A stretch of DNA of 64,000 bases from Mizuhopecten yessoensis (taxonomy: Eukaryota): NCBI RefSeq assembly GCF_002113885.1, contig NW_018406512.1, positions 143,216-207,215 of the forward strand. Direction: 5' to 3'. Under the pieces are notes generated by a model, which saw only the letters and a list, made by a program, of their open reading frames with translations, was not told the origin of the DNA and made no database searches. Position numbers and translations under genes: made by a program. This document shows, one piece after another, positions 1 to 10,528 of the stretch; the stretch's first letter is position 1, and the number at the start of each line of letters is the position of its first letter.

Positions 1-608
1 AATTCTAGGGTTCGACGTGCACGGTCACACCGGTATAATTCTCAGGTTCGACGTGCACGGTCACACTGTACAATTCTCAGGTTTGACGTGCACGGTCACA
101 TCGGTATAATTCTCAGGTTCGACGTGCACGGTCACACCGGTATAATTCTCAGGTTCGACGTGCACGGTCACACCAGTACAATTATCAGGCTCGACGTGCA
201 CGGTCATACTGTACAATTCTCAGGTTCGACGTGCACGGTCACACTGTATAATTCTCAGGTTCGACGTGTACGGTGACACTGTATAATTCTCATGTTCGAC
301 GTGCACGGTCACACTGTATAATTCTCAGGTTCGACGTGTACGGTGACACTGTATAATTCTCATGTTCGACGTGCACGGTCACACTGTATAATTCTAAGGT
401 TCGACGTGCACGGTCACACCGGTATAATTCTCAGGTTCGACGTGCACGGTCACACCAGTACAATTATCAGGCTCGACGTGCACGGTCACACTGTATAATT
501 CTCAGGTTCGACGTGCACGGTCACACTGTAAAATTCTCAGGTTCGACGTGCACGGTCACATCGGTATGATTTTTAAGGTTCGACGTGCACGGTCACACCG
601 GTATAATT
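1..608. repeat. CpG-rich minisatellite, 35/36-bp unit, about 17 copies, truncated by window start
   Basis: Head-to-tail unit (C)CKGTATAATTCTCAGGTTCGACGTGCACGGTCACA with few substitutions and no spacers. ORF 88..276 is a read-through of it. Confidence 0.97.
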
Positions 609-3037
609 CCCTTTCCTGTGTTGTGCTGTGTAGTCTCAGGTTTAAATTAATACCAAGTAACCATGGAACCCGTACAGGCAGATAAGGTGTGGACGTCAGA
701 TCAAACGTGTATACAAATGACCATAGTCACGTCATTTCCGCCAAGGTGTGACAGGAGTTTACACTTTCGCTTCTCAAGTTATGGTCCCCTTGGTTACCGT
801 AGAGCAGAGAGTCCCAAAACGCCATCACAACCACATCAGAGCACGCGCTGCATCCAATTTGGCTTCAGATTAAATCTGGTTTGGATTAAATTGTAGAAAT
901 GGAAACGAAATAAAAGCAATGAGCAGTAAACGAGGAAGGCATTAGCCATGTAATCGAAATTAAAATTAGAAACAAGAAAATAAAATGTCCATCTTCAAGG
1001 TAAATGTAATCACAGAACGCCGTTATCTGCTCCAGTCTATGTTTGATAACACGACTTACAGTAGATCAATCACTTAAGAAGAAAATCCAATAAGTATCAC
1101 AAGAAACGTACAATACTATCTGAAATGCCAACATTCATCCTTCATGGATTGTACCCAAGAGTAAATGTTAGTTTTACGAACCTTTCAGCCGTTAGTAACT
1201 TGCGGATTGAAGTGCTCACGTGACCTTCATCTTTCCTAGTTTTGGACACATCGACCATTATTTACTATAAAGGCCAGACACCCTCGCTACATTAACATGA
1301 ATAAAACAAAATCAGTCACTTCGCTTATCACGTCTCTTAGAGTACAACGCACGTGCCAACTTGCCAACGCTTGTGTCACTGTATTCCTTCAGGGATAGCT
1401 TCCCGCCATTTAATTAGACTAATGTATACTCCATTGGCTCACAAGTACACAAACAACATGGGAATAACTCTAATCAATCGATACCGATGGTCAGACGGGA
1501 AGTACTTCCGGTATACTGCACGTGTCCCAGAAAAAACCGACACTGGTGGTGACGAGGTGCGCCGGATATAACCTTAATTGAACCATGGCCCAGAAAACCG
1601 GTAACGAAGGACACGGTCCTGAGAGACCGGTAACTAAGGAGATTGAATTAATGGGGGCGGTTACTGTACGTGTTAGAAAGTGTGTGACATCGCTCGGTTT
1701 AAGAAAGAGTATGACGCCGCGACATGCCGTTTGTTATGAGAAAGAACGTGACAACCGGCATAAGTTTTAGTGTGTTACATCAAATCATAATACTCGTAAG
1801 GATTCGACGCTTAACATAGGGTACAATCATCCTGAGACATATCTAAACAGAGGTGGTTCATATATAGGAACATTATCTACAAAGACGTTACTGTATAACA
1901 ATTAGCCGTAGTATCGGAGATGAGAGAAGCATTTTTTAACAGAAATTGATGAAGTGACCGAAGGGCATTTCAATATTTTCTTTAAGATAAAATTGAAATA
2001 TTGATGTTATTATTTCATTCATCAATACGAATACAGAGGCTAGATTCTCAGATACGACACTGATCAGTCGATTTTTTTATTAACTTCAAAGGAAACTACG
2101 TAAACGATAGTATCACAACAATAACCGAAACCACCGCTTTGTCCAGGGGAAGTGAACCCAACCGCCATTACCGAAAACGGGGCAATTGTCGCGATCTAGT
2201 CTGTTGGTTTCACTTTGACAAACCGTGTGTTATGGCGTAAATCCGGGTATTTCATGCCGTAAGAGTCACTTATAAACTCTAATGTAGATAATGAGGGGGC
2301 GCGGTACATATCACAATCTCCCACCCGGCTTTGTATACACGATACACCCGATCACCTCATAGAGTTTTGGTGCGCATGGGTGAATTTACTTGAATAATCA
2401 AATCAAGTTTACTCCTCTCTTATGTAGGGTTTGATTCAGACGGGGGAAATAATTATACGGAAATGTCAGGTGCCATTTCGATACTTAATTAATGTTGTAA
2501 AATCTGCTCTGGTTATTAAGATGGTTCTTTTCAATTTAATGAATGCTTATAAGATTGTTAAAAGTTGACGACGCACGTGTTTTGAGAAATCGATACTATA
2601 TTTTTTCTTCAAGACCGAAAATGCAATTATGCAAACGAGTATAATACAATCAACGGTCGCGATGACATAGATCGACTCCGGTTTCGAGTATTAACATGTA
2701 AATTGAAAGATTATGAGATTACACATTATCTTGTGTGTTTTTATGGTTTTTAAAATACTGCCCTTCTGCACACCCTCGTTACTAGCGTCTCCAGTTTCGG
2801 AGAGACAATGGGAGTTAGGATACCACTGGAGCAGCAATAATGCCTCGACATACAGGAGAAACATGTGTCCCTCAACTTCTTCAACTCCGTAATTTAATTT
2901 TAGTGAATTCCTTTTATAAATTGAATCACAGACTTCCATCATCAATACAAATAGTCCTGCAATATCATTTGGTTTGATCGGAATCTGACGAAGGACCCTT
3001 CAAGCGTTTAGCCTATTACATTTTTCTTGAACTAGGA

Positions 3038-3390
3038 TACCAGGGTTTTACGTGATTAGGGTATATTAGGGTACGTATAAAGCTGACTATTAACCGATGT
3101 GTCACTGGTTACCAGGGTTTTACGAGATTAGGGTATATAAGGGTACGTATAAAGCTGACTATTTACCGATGTGTCACTGGTTACCAGGATTTTACGTGAT
3201 TAGGGTATATAAGGGTACGTATAAAGCTGACTATCTACCGATGTATCCCTTGTTACCAGGGTTTTACGTGATTAGGGTATATAAGGGTACGTATAAAGCT
3301 GACTATTTACCGATGTGTCACTGGTTACCAGGGTTTTACGAGATTAGGGTATATTAGGGTACGTATAAAGCTGACTATTTACCGATGTGT
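3038..3390. repeat. Tandem repeat, 72-bp unit, about 5 copies
   Basis: TACCAGGGTTTTACGTGATTAGGGTATATWAGGGTACGTATAAAGCTGACTATTTACCGATGTGTCACTGGT repeated; gives the 24-aa periodicity of ORF 3097..3357. Confidence 0.96.
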
Positions 3391-4104
3391 AACTCAACCA
3401 TCCTAATGTCTTACCTTCAATGAAGTCACCATGTATGATTACGATACTAGCACAGCTGTGTACTGTGCGTTTCTTCTGAACGTTTCATCTAGAGCAGAAC
3501 AGGAATCATAGGAGCACCAACTAGAATCCAAAACAAATTGGAACGAGTGTGAAGTTTCTCTAACCAAATTTTCAACCAAAGCTATGAATTACATTTTGTG
3601 TTAATTATTTATGCATACAAACTGGAAATTGCAATCAAACAGTTTGTCCAAATGTCGAAAGTTATATGACGTTATTAAACTGTACAAAAACATCTATTTA
3701 TAATAATTGTAATCTCTTGAAGGAGCTTTGATAAATAAAAAGATGTCTGAAATGAGTCGACAAGTTTCTAGTTTTGGAGATGCTCTAACGACTTAAAGAT
3801 AAGCTTGGGCTCATACATTATATTACAAATGAAATGGGAACTTTTTCAATAACATTTTATCATATTATTGAGACTGATTGCGAATATTCGCGAAAAAATA
3901 TTTTTTCTGACCATCATCAGGTCTTAGATGTCATCATTTTGACTTTATGTCGATTGTTTTAATTATGACATCACAATGAGCGATACTGTTCGAGGTACGG
4001 GCGTACTATATACCACGTAGTCACATGTACATTGAGGTCCTTCTTTTCAATCAAATACGACCGAAGGAAATACTGACGATCGCAAGACGTAACATCACAG
4101 TTGG

Positions 4105-5785
4105 AAAGGAAGGGTGTCTATAAGGCCCTTTTTAGGGCCCCGGTATATTCGGATTTTCACCTCCTTATTTTGTTCAAAGATGTCCTATTGTATGACATGC
4201 GGAAAAACTAAGGTAACACTTTGACCGAAAGTGGGTTTCTGAGGATACCAAAAGGGGTATGAGGTGTAATTTACTTCAGTGGAAACGGTAACTTCGGGCT
4301 GGGATGTACATGTAAGAATATCTCATAAAAAGGTTCTCTATATACATTGAACACAGGATAACTAGTGTTTAGCTAATAGAACACTATTTCTTTCAGATGT
4401 TTTTGGAATGTTGGCAGTGTATAAATGTACCTCTTTTTACAACATACACTGAGGGCATGTTTAATGTATTGTAACCAAAAAGGGAAGAAAAGTAATTAAG
4501 AAATAATATGAGTAGCAGCTAGCATTGAATGTAACAAATAAACCGTAGGAAATCAACAAAAGGATTAACTGTTAATTGCAAGCAATAACTTGAACGAACA
4601 ACTTAGTCTCTCTTTGCGTTTTCAAAGCATAAACTATCTGACTTTTGGTCAGTGTAGCATCTCAAACGCCACTCTTACTACTATAAATACTCTACTGAGC
4701 CTGTTTAATCTACATACATTCATATAGACTAATATTGTCAGGAAATATTTGGTGTTAGGTAAAGAGATCACAGGAAAATGTGTTTTTAAGTATAAAGGCA
4801 TTGTGGGATAAGTATGAAACTTTCACAAATTAAATATCATCATATAATTAAACTCTATGCTAAGTTACATGCTTATCCCCAAATGCCTTTTATGTACAAT
4901 CAGTGGATAAACATTGGAAATAGTCAGAACATTCGACAAAACAATGAAATCGGTTAACTTTAACGATTAAAGCAGATACTTTTCTTGAGGCTAGGAGACT
5001 TAAAATTACCAGCAAATCAAACTTCATATATTAAATCAATCATTTTACAGTAGTTGTGGTGGCAAATGCCAATTTTGATTTGTAAGTTAACTTTGATAAT
5101 TAAAAAAACAAATCAGGACCTGGAACTCACTTCAGCCAAATGTGTTGAGCAAATATTATATGATATATATAATATACAATACTAACAATTGATATCTTAT
5201 ACTTATAGCATATAAAGGGTGTCATTCACCTTTTAATTCGCTTAAAATTGAGAGATATTTGAAAAAGCTAAGTTTGAGATGTGTCCAGAAGCCTTAACTC
5301 AGTATAAAACAAAAAGAAAATGATGTAGTCAATATGCAATTTATGTAAGTCTACTAAATGAGTGAAGTTGAAAATTTCAAGTCAAAATATTAATTAGGAA
5401 GGAAATTATTGATAAAACAAATTACTTTTCAATTGAAAACGCCCGAAAAGACCCCCCTGACGTAATCCTTCGTTTTATATAAACAATCTTTAAGTGACGA
5501 TTGAATTTCTGTCATTTTCATTCTGTTACATATGTTTGTCTAATTTATACATGTTTTCAAAAACAGAAATGGTATTCTTTTTGTTTTTAAGCTCATTTTG
5601 AAAACAGCAAACTATATTTGTGATTTAACATACCCCTTTTGGTATCCCCAGAAACCCACTTTCGGTCAAAGTTTTGCCTTAGTTTTTCCGCATGTCATAC
5701 AATAGAACATCTTTGAACAAAATAAGGATGTGAAAATCCGAATATACCGGGGTTCAAAAAAGGGCCTTATAGACACCCTTCCTTT
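4105..5785. mobile_element. Non-autonomous DNA transposon (about 1.68 kb) with 157-bp terminal inverted repeats; superfamily unassigned
   Basis: 4105-4261 (AAAGGAAGGGTGTCTATAAGGCCC...CCAAAAGGGGTATG) is the near-perfect reverse complement of 5629-5785. Interior is AT-rich with no ORF of 60 aa or more. No clean TSD. Confidence 0.88.
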
Positions 5786-6239
5786 ATTCATGTTTTGTCG
5801 CAAGAATAGCACTACAGTGCTAATGTTATTATGTTACATGTATATGTGACGTTAAATAAAGCTTCTTGACTCTTGACACAGGTGTGCATAGGGAGTTCCG
5901 ATGACAGCAAAGAAAAATAAAGATATTTTCGTTCCAATAAAAAACATGAAAAATTTAATTTAAGGGTAGTTTGTAACCGATGTATTCTGAATCTAGGCTT
6001 ACAATAACCCCCACGGTGACCTATATATAGCCGAGTAAACCCAGAAGTCATCAAGGGAACGTGAAATCCTCCTTGTCCTGTTGTGGGGGGAAAGGAAGCT
6101 GAGTCTAACTGCTCTCTTCTGGATTTTATAATAATCGGTAAGAGAACACAGTGAGATGACAGGGTTATTAAACACCCAGTTCCACGGTAAATGAGATAGT
6201 TCTCAGATATCAGGCTGGTTCTTTTTTATATAAAAATAT

Positions 6240-6410
6240 ATGTTTAGATATTTTGACCTGGTTCAATGTTGTTTTTGACCTTTTTTGTTTAAACTGGTTC
6301 TCGTTTTCAGGTATTTGGTCTGGTTCTGTATTTTTAGATATTTGATTTGATTCTGTGTTTTTAGGTTTTTGAACTGGTTTTGAGTTTTTAGATATTCGAC
6401 CTGATTCTCA
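6240..6410. repeat. Degenerate T-rich tandem repeat (about 30-bp period)
   Basis: Recurrent TTTTAGATATTT-GA(C/T)CTGGTTC-like units. Confidence 0.6.
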
Positions 6411-7455
6411 AAATTTTGTGATCCATGGTTTTGTTTTGGATATCAGTGTGACGTTATCATCCGCGTGAATTTAGCTTTTAAGCTCATCATTAAATGTCAT
6501 TTAGGAAATCTTTAACATATTTTAAGTTTAATTTCTTTTTTTCTTTTACAGTATAATATAAATCAATACACAAATTTATTTTAACGTAAAGTCACCTTAA
6601 CGGGCTGAACTTTTTATTTTTTTATTTAGACTGCAACAAAGGAATACACCACACCAATCACTCATACTTCACATATTAAAAATAAATAACATACATGTAC
6701 TTTACATATACATATGAAATGAATAATGAAAATGATGTTGAGCCGGTGTCGACTTATTTATTATGATATTACCAAATGAATTAAAAATATAGTCAAACAC
6801 CAAAATTACAGGAGAGAGTATCTACATAAATAGCAAGTAAAAGCTTCAGATCTGGGTTTCCTATGCAATCCAGCAGAAATAAATTCTGGTAAAATAAATG
6901 TAATTGTGTAAATAAATCATCTATAGCATCCTAAAAAAGGTTAATAACATCAAATGTAAAGTTTGTTTTCTATAATATCATTGCAAGAACGAGCACTTTT
7001 GCACATTTTGTCCATTTCCATTAATGAAACTGTTCAGAGATATATGGGAAGTTTATACTAAACTGACATTGTATCTTATCACTTTTACTGCACAGAAATG
7101 AAACTCCTATGAAAACATTTACTATACAGATATGGCTGTTACGAGCCTACCGTGATGGCGCGCACTACCTCGATACCCGGTGGTAGAACGCCCGGATGAT
7201 GGTCGTTCGGAAAGTTTTATCTAATTTATGTACTAGTACTTCTGTATTAAAAAGTTGCTCTCTAGACTGGCCCGTCTCTAGAATATTGAATTATAAAGAA
7301 AAAAATAACTCCAATAAGTTTGATTATAATTAAGTTCTAAACTAGGGGGAGATAAGCTAGTAGTAAAATGCAGTTGAGATATTTTTAAACATTTTCTTCA
7401 GGTTGGTAAGTATGGATTATGAGAAGTTCTTTTTACACAACCAATACAAAAAATC

Positions 7456-7511
7456 TTTGTCACATTTCGATGACTAGTACGATATGTACACTTCCACCTT
7501 CATCAGACAAA
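7456..7511 (-). ncRNA. Degenerate minimal type-I hammerhead-ribozyme-like motif, probably a Penelope-like pLTR remnant
   Basis: Minus strand reads TTTGT-CTGATGA-[AGGTGG...GTCATC stem-loop]-GAAA-TGTG-ACAAA: both core boxes, a helix II and a 5-bp helix I. Stem III/cleavage site is TGTG rather than CGTC, so likely inactive. Confidence 0.5.
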
Positions 7512-7526
7512 TGACCAATGAAGCGT

Positions 7527-7719
7527 ATGCACACAAAGGTGTAAAATGTGTACGAGGTGTCCATAAAATCGATGTCGATTTCGGCTACGCTGGAAAAGGA
7601 TGTACAATAGTTGTTATATATGTACCGAAATGACTCAATTCAGCTACGCTTTGTTAACACTTGGTCATAATCATCGATTTTATGGACAACTCGTACACAT
7701 TTTACACCTTTGTGTGCAT
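7527..7719. repeat. 48-bp inverted repeat (1 mismatch) around a 97-bp spacer
   Basis: 7527-7574 ATGCACACAAAGGTGTAAAATGTGTACGAGGTGTCCATAAAATCGATG versus 7672-7719. Confidence 0.93.
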
Positions 7720-7801
7720 CAGTTATTTTGTTGCGTTACTCCTCAACCATTTTATCCATTTCCATTAATGAAACCGTTCAGAGATACACGGGGAGTTTAT
7801 A

Positions 7802-8130
7802 CTACCACGTGAAAATAGTTTATGTAGTTTATGTTATTTAAGAGAAATTGGCGACGAATGTCATTATCTGTTTACATGTACACATCAACCAATAGTATGT
7901 CCAGATATTATTATGAAAGACCAAACACATTTAAATATCATACATTATTCAATTATGTAACACAACATGAATTAACATCATCGTCTAAATTTGTTACCGA
8001 TATTAATGACATAACTAATTTACAATACTAATGTCCATCCTGTTCCATCATGTATTATTGTCACCCTTCAGTAGAAATGTATTCTCTACAATTTATTGTT
8101 TATGAGAATAAAACACTTGTCATTGTCATT
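7802..8130 (+). mobile_element. 5'-truncated non-LTR retrotransposon (CR1/L2-group LINE) 3' end: ORF2 C-terminal CCHC region, 3' UTR and tail
   Basis: Frame from 7802 reads LPRENSLCSLCYLREIGDECHYLFTC (Cx2C...GDExH-x3-C, typical of CR1/L2-group ORF2 ends). After a frameshift it reads SRYYYERPNTFKYHTLFN...SKFVTDI. Ends AATAAA (8107-8112) followed by ACACTTGTCATTGTCATT. Confidence 0.85.
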
Positions 8131-8893
8131 TAAATGAAATTCCTTTGAAAACATTTACTTTATAAATATGGCTGTTACGAGCCTACAGTGAGGGCGCGCG
8201 CTACCTCGATACCTGGTGGTAAAAGATAGGGGGACCAGCCATTGTGAGATGTGTTCAGATCGTACGGAACAGGTATACAAACTGGCCGTGTTCTCGCCAT
8301 CAGATAGGCGAGGTAGCGTCTGGATACATCCTTTCTCTCTTATCTCTCCCCCAAAAACAAACAACATGCAACACTTCCGTTTGTCCTTGGCTAAACTTCG
8401 TTTGTGATGGCGGATAAATGGGTTATTATTGTTGGTATACTACTGGAGTGTGTTTGTCAGAACGATTCTCCGTCCTATTGACACCATCTAACGTGTGTTA
8501 GGATAGTTAGGATAGATATGTATGGAATATTGGACGGCCGGCCGTACGTTTGATGTATTTTCTATCATCTGGCGACATCTTACTCATCCATATAGATTTA
8601 AAAACTAGGCCATCTAAAATACGATCATTGTAACGATATGAATTTGTTCAGTTATTGATTAGTTCACACTTGTGTGTACAGTTATAAAATATGATTTGTT
8701 CACACCTGTGTGTCCAGGTATACACTATGATTAGGAAACACCGGCTAGATGTTATCGGATACACCGTGCCACTCCCCAATGCTGGCGTCGTCAATCAGCT
8801 GACGGAAGACCAAAGATGCATTGACAAGTGTACGTGTAAATTTCTGCATATCTGTATATTTTTTGATATTTTCTATCCACCCACAAATATATG

Positions 8894-8998
8894 AGTTCCG
8901 AGGAGACACGAGCAAACCATCATTTGACATAGATAAGGTCCGAGGAGGCACGGACAAACCATCATTTGACATAGATAAGGTCCGAGGAGGCACGGACC
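8894..8998. repeat. Tandem repeat, 42-bp unit, about 2.5 copies
   Basis: CAAACCATCATTTGACATAGATAAGGTCCGAGGAGGCACGGA twice plus a partial copy. Confidence 0.93.
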
Positions 8999-9060
8999 AC
9001 ACGCGCGTATTTGGCAGTGGTCGGGCGAATCACTTTATTTCTCTTGTGTAATTAACGTCT

Positions 9061-9105
9061 TCATCTGACGAATGAACTTTAATCGTTCACAAAAGCCGGC
9101 GTGAT
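9061..9105 (+). ncRNA. Possible second decayed hammerhead-like motif
   Basis: CTGACGA-A-TGAAC-TTTAATC-GTTCA-C-AAAA-GCCGGC-GTG. Has the core box, a perfect 5-bp helix II and a palindromic stem III region, but GAAA reads AAAA and helix I is poor. Confidence 0.3.
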
Positions 9106-9606
9106 TTCATGAGTTGAAAATGTTACACATCATTGTCTGACATGTTGATTCGTTGCTAGGTAGTGTGAATTTCCCTTAGCAACAGCTATGGGGATTTTGC
9201 GTGACATGATTGGTATTTCTGCGGCTAGTTTACGACCGTCTGATTTTACCTTTTTAATTGTTCCGATACTAAACTACCCCCGTTATCTTTTTATTGTTGT
9301 AAAATGACGTTTTGAATACGCTTGACAGATATATTGCTATTTTATTCATTAACGATCACGATTAAGCATTTCTGTAGCGAGTACCATCAAGTATTTATTG
9401 ATTCACGACCTAGATTTAGGTCATCTATACTAAGATCATTTTAACAAATATAAAATTCAGATATTGATTATATCACACCTGTGTGTCCAGGTATACAATA
9501 TTAATTAGCAAACACGTGTTATGTGTAACGTGATACATCCCGCCGCTCTATAGTGCTGTTCGGGCGTCTTATCCACATGATGGAATTCAACGTTTACGAG
9601 AGGAAA

Positions 9607-9708
9607 GTGAGAATATCCTTCCGCCAGACATGACGTGTATGTGTCCAGAGGCACCTTAGTGAGATATCCTTCCGCCAGACATGGCGTGTATGTGTCCAAA
9701 GACACCTA
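9607..9708. repeat. Tandem duplication, about 51-bp unit x2
   Basis: ATATCCTTCCGCCAGACATG(A/G)CGTGTATGTGTCCA twice. Confidence 0.9.
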
Positions 9709-10410
9709 CATTACATGTACTGTTCCCGATATACTTTCTCATCATCCTATCACCATGTTAACACAGACCACGTGACATCTTACACATCCACATCAGTACC
9801 GGATGTGACATCTCCCACAATACAGTAGATCAGTAGACAGTACACTGCCTCAACACGAGTTTGAATTCCACATAAAGACAGTGCTGACGTGTCAAGGAAG
9901 TTTTACATGGAATACGAAGATCGCAGATAACCATATATTGTTTCTTCTCTATTTGATCTCAGCAAAGATTCCCTTGTCTGATGTTACAGTGCTTTATAGT
10001 TGAGATGCATGGAAAAGATCCCGGTCAACGCGACTATGCCACTTAATATTCTTACTTATAAATGTCTGATATTATGTTAAATCATTTTAATGATGTGATG
10101 GCTGGGGAATATAATACTGTATGATCATAAGAGGCGACCAATGTGTCCCATTCTCCCTGCAGAATCAGAGGCGCTGGGTAGTGTCTTTCGCAAAGAGGAC
10201 ATAAAAGAAACCATAATTGACCCCCCTGCCCCCATTGCAATACATTGGACCTTTATAGCGCCTTTTCTTTTCTGTCCAACATATTCCTTCTTTTCTGCAG
10301 TGTCTCAATATACACCTCTGCTAGGGCATTGTCAAAACAATGAGACCAAGTGGAGTCCTATGGTATCCTGTAAAGGTTGTGATGTTTCACTGAGATGTTC
10401 ACTTAAATAT

Positions 10411-10528
10411 GACCCTCCAGTGGCCTCATTAACTGTGGCTACTGTCCTCATATCGCCCGAGTTGTGGAGACCCTTCAGTGGCCTCATTAACTGTGGCTAC
10501 TGTCCCCATATCGCCCGAGTTGTTGAGA
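10411..10528. repeat. Tandem duplication, 58-bp unit x2
   Basis: CAGTGGCCTCATTAACTGTGGCTACTGTCC.CATATCGCCCGAGTTGT twice. Confidence 0.92.

Larger units (their letters stand above)
7004..8224 (+). repeat. Local direct duplication: 7004-7188 duplicated as 7748-7804 plus 8132-8224, second copy split by a LINE
   Basis: TCCATTTCCATTAATGAAAC.GTTCAGAGATA and AAATGAAA.TCCT.TGAAAACATTTACT...ATATGGCTGTTACGAGCCTAC.GTGA.GGCGCGC.CTACCTCGATACC.GGTGGTA occur in both copies in the same order. Confidence 0.9.

Noticed and set aside
2984-3010. CTGACGAAGGACC as a hammerhead core
   Set aside because: No downstream GAAA and no convincing helices.
6600-7010. Minus-strand LINE 3' end (KCSF..NDIIEN, A-rich tail)
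   Set aside because: Needs several frameshifts and stops with too few conserved residues.
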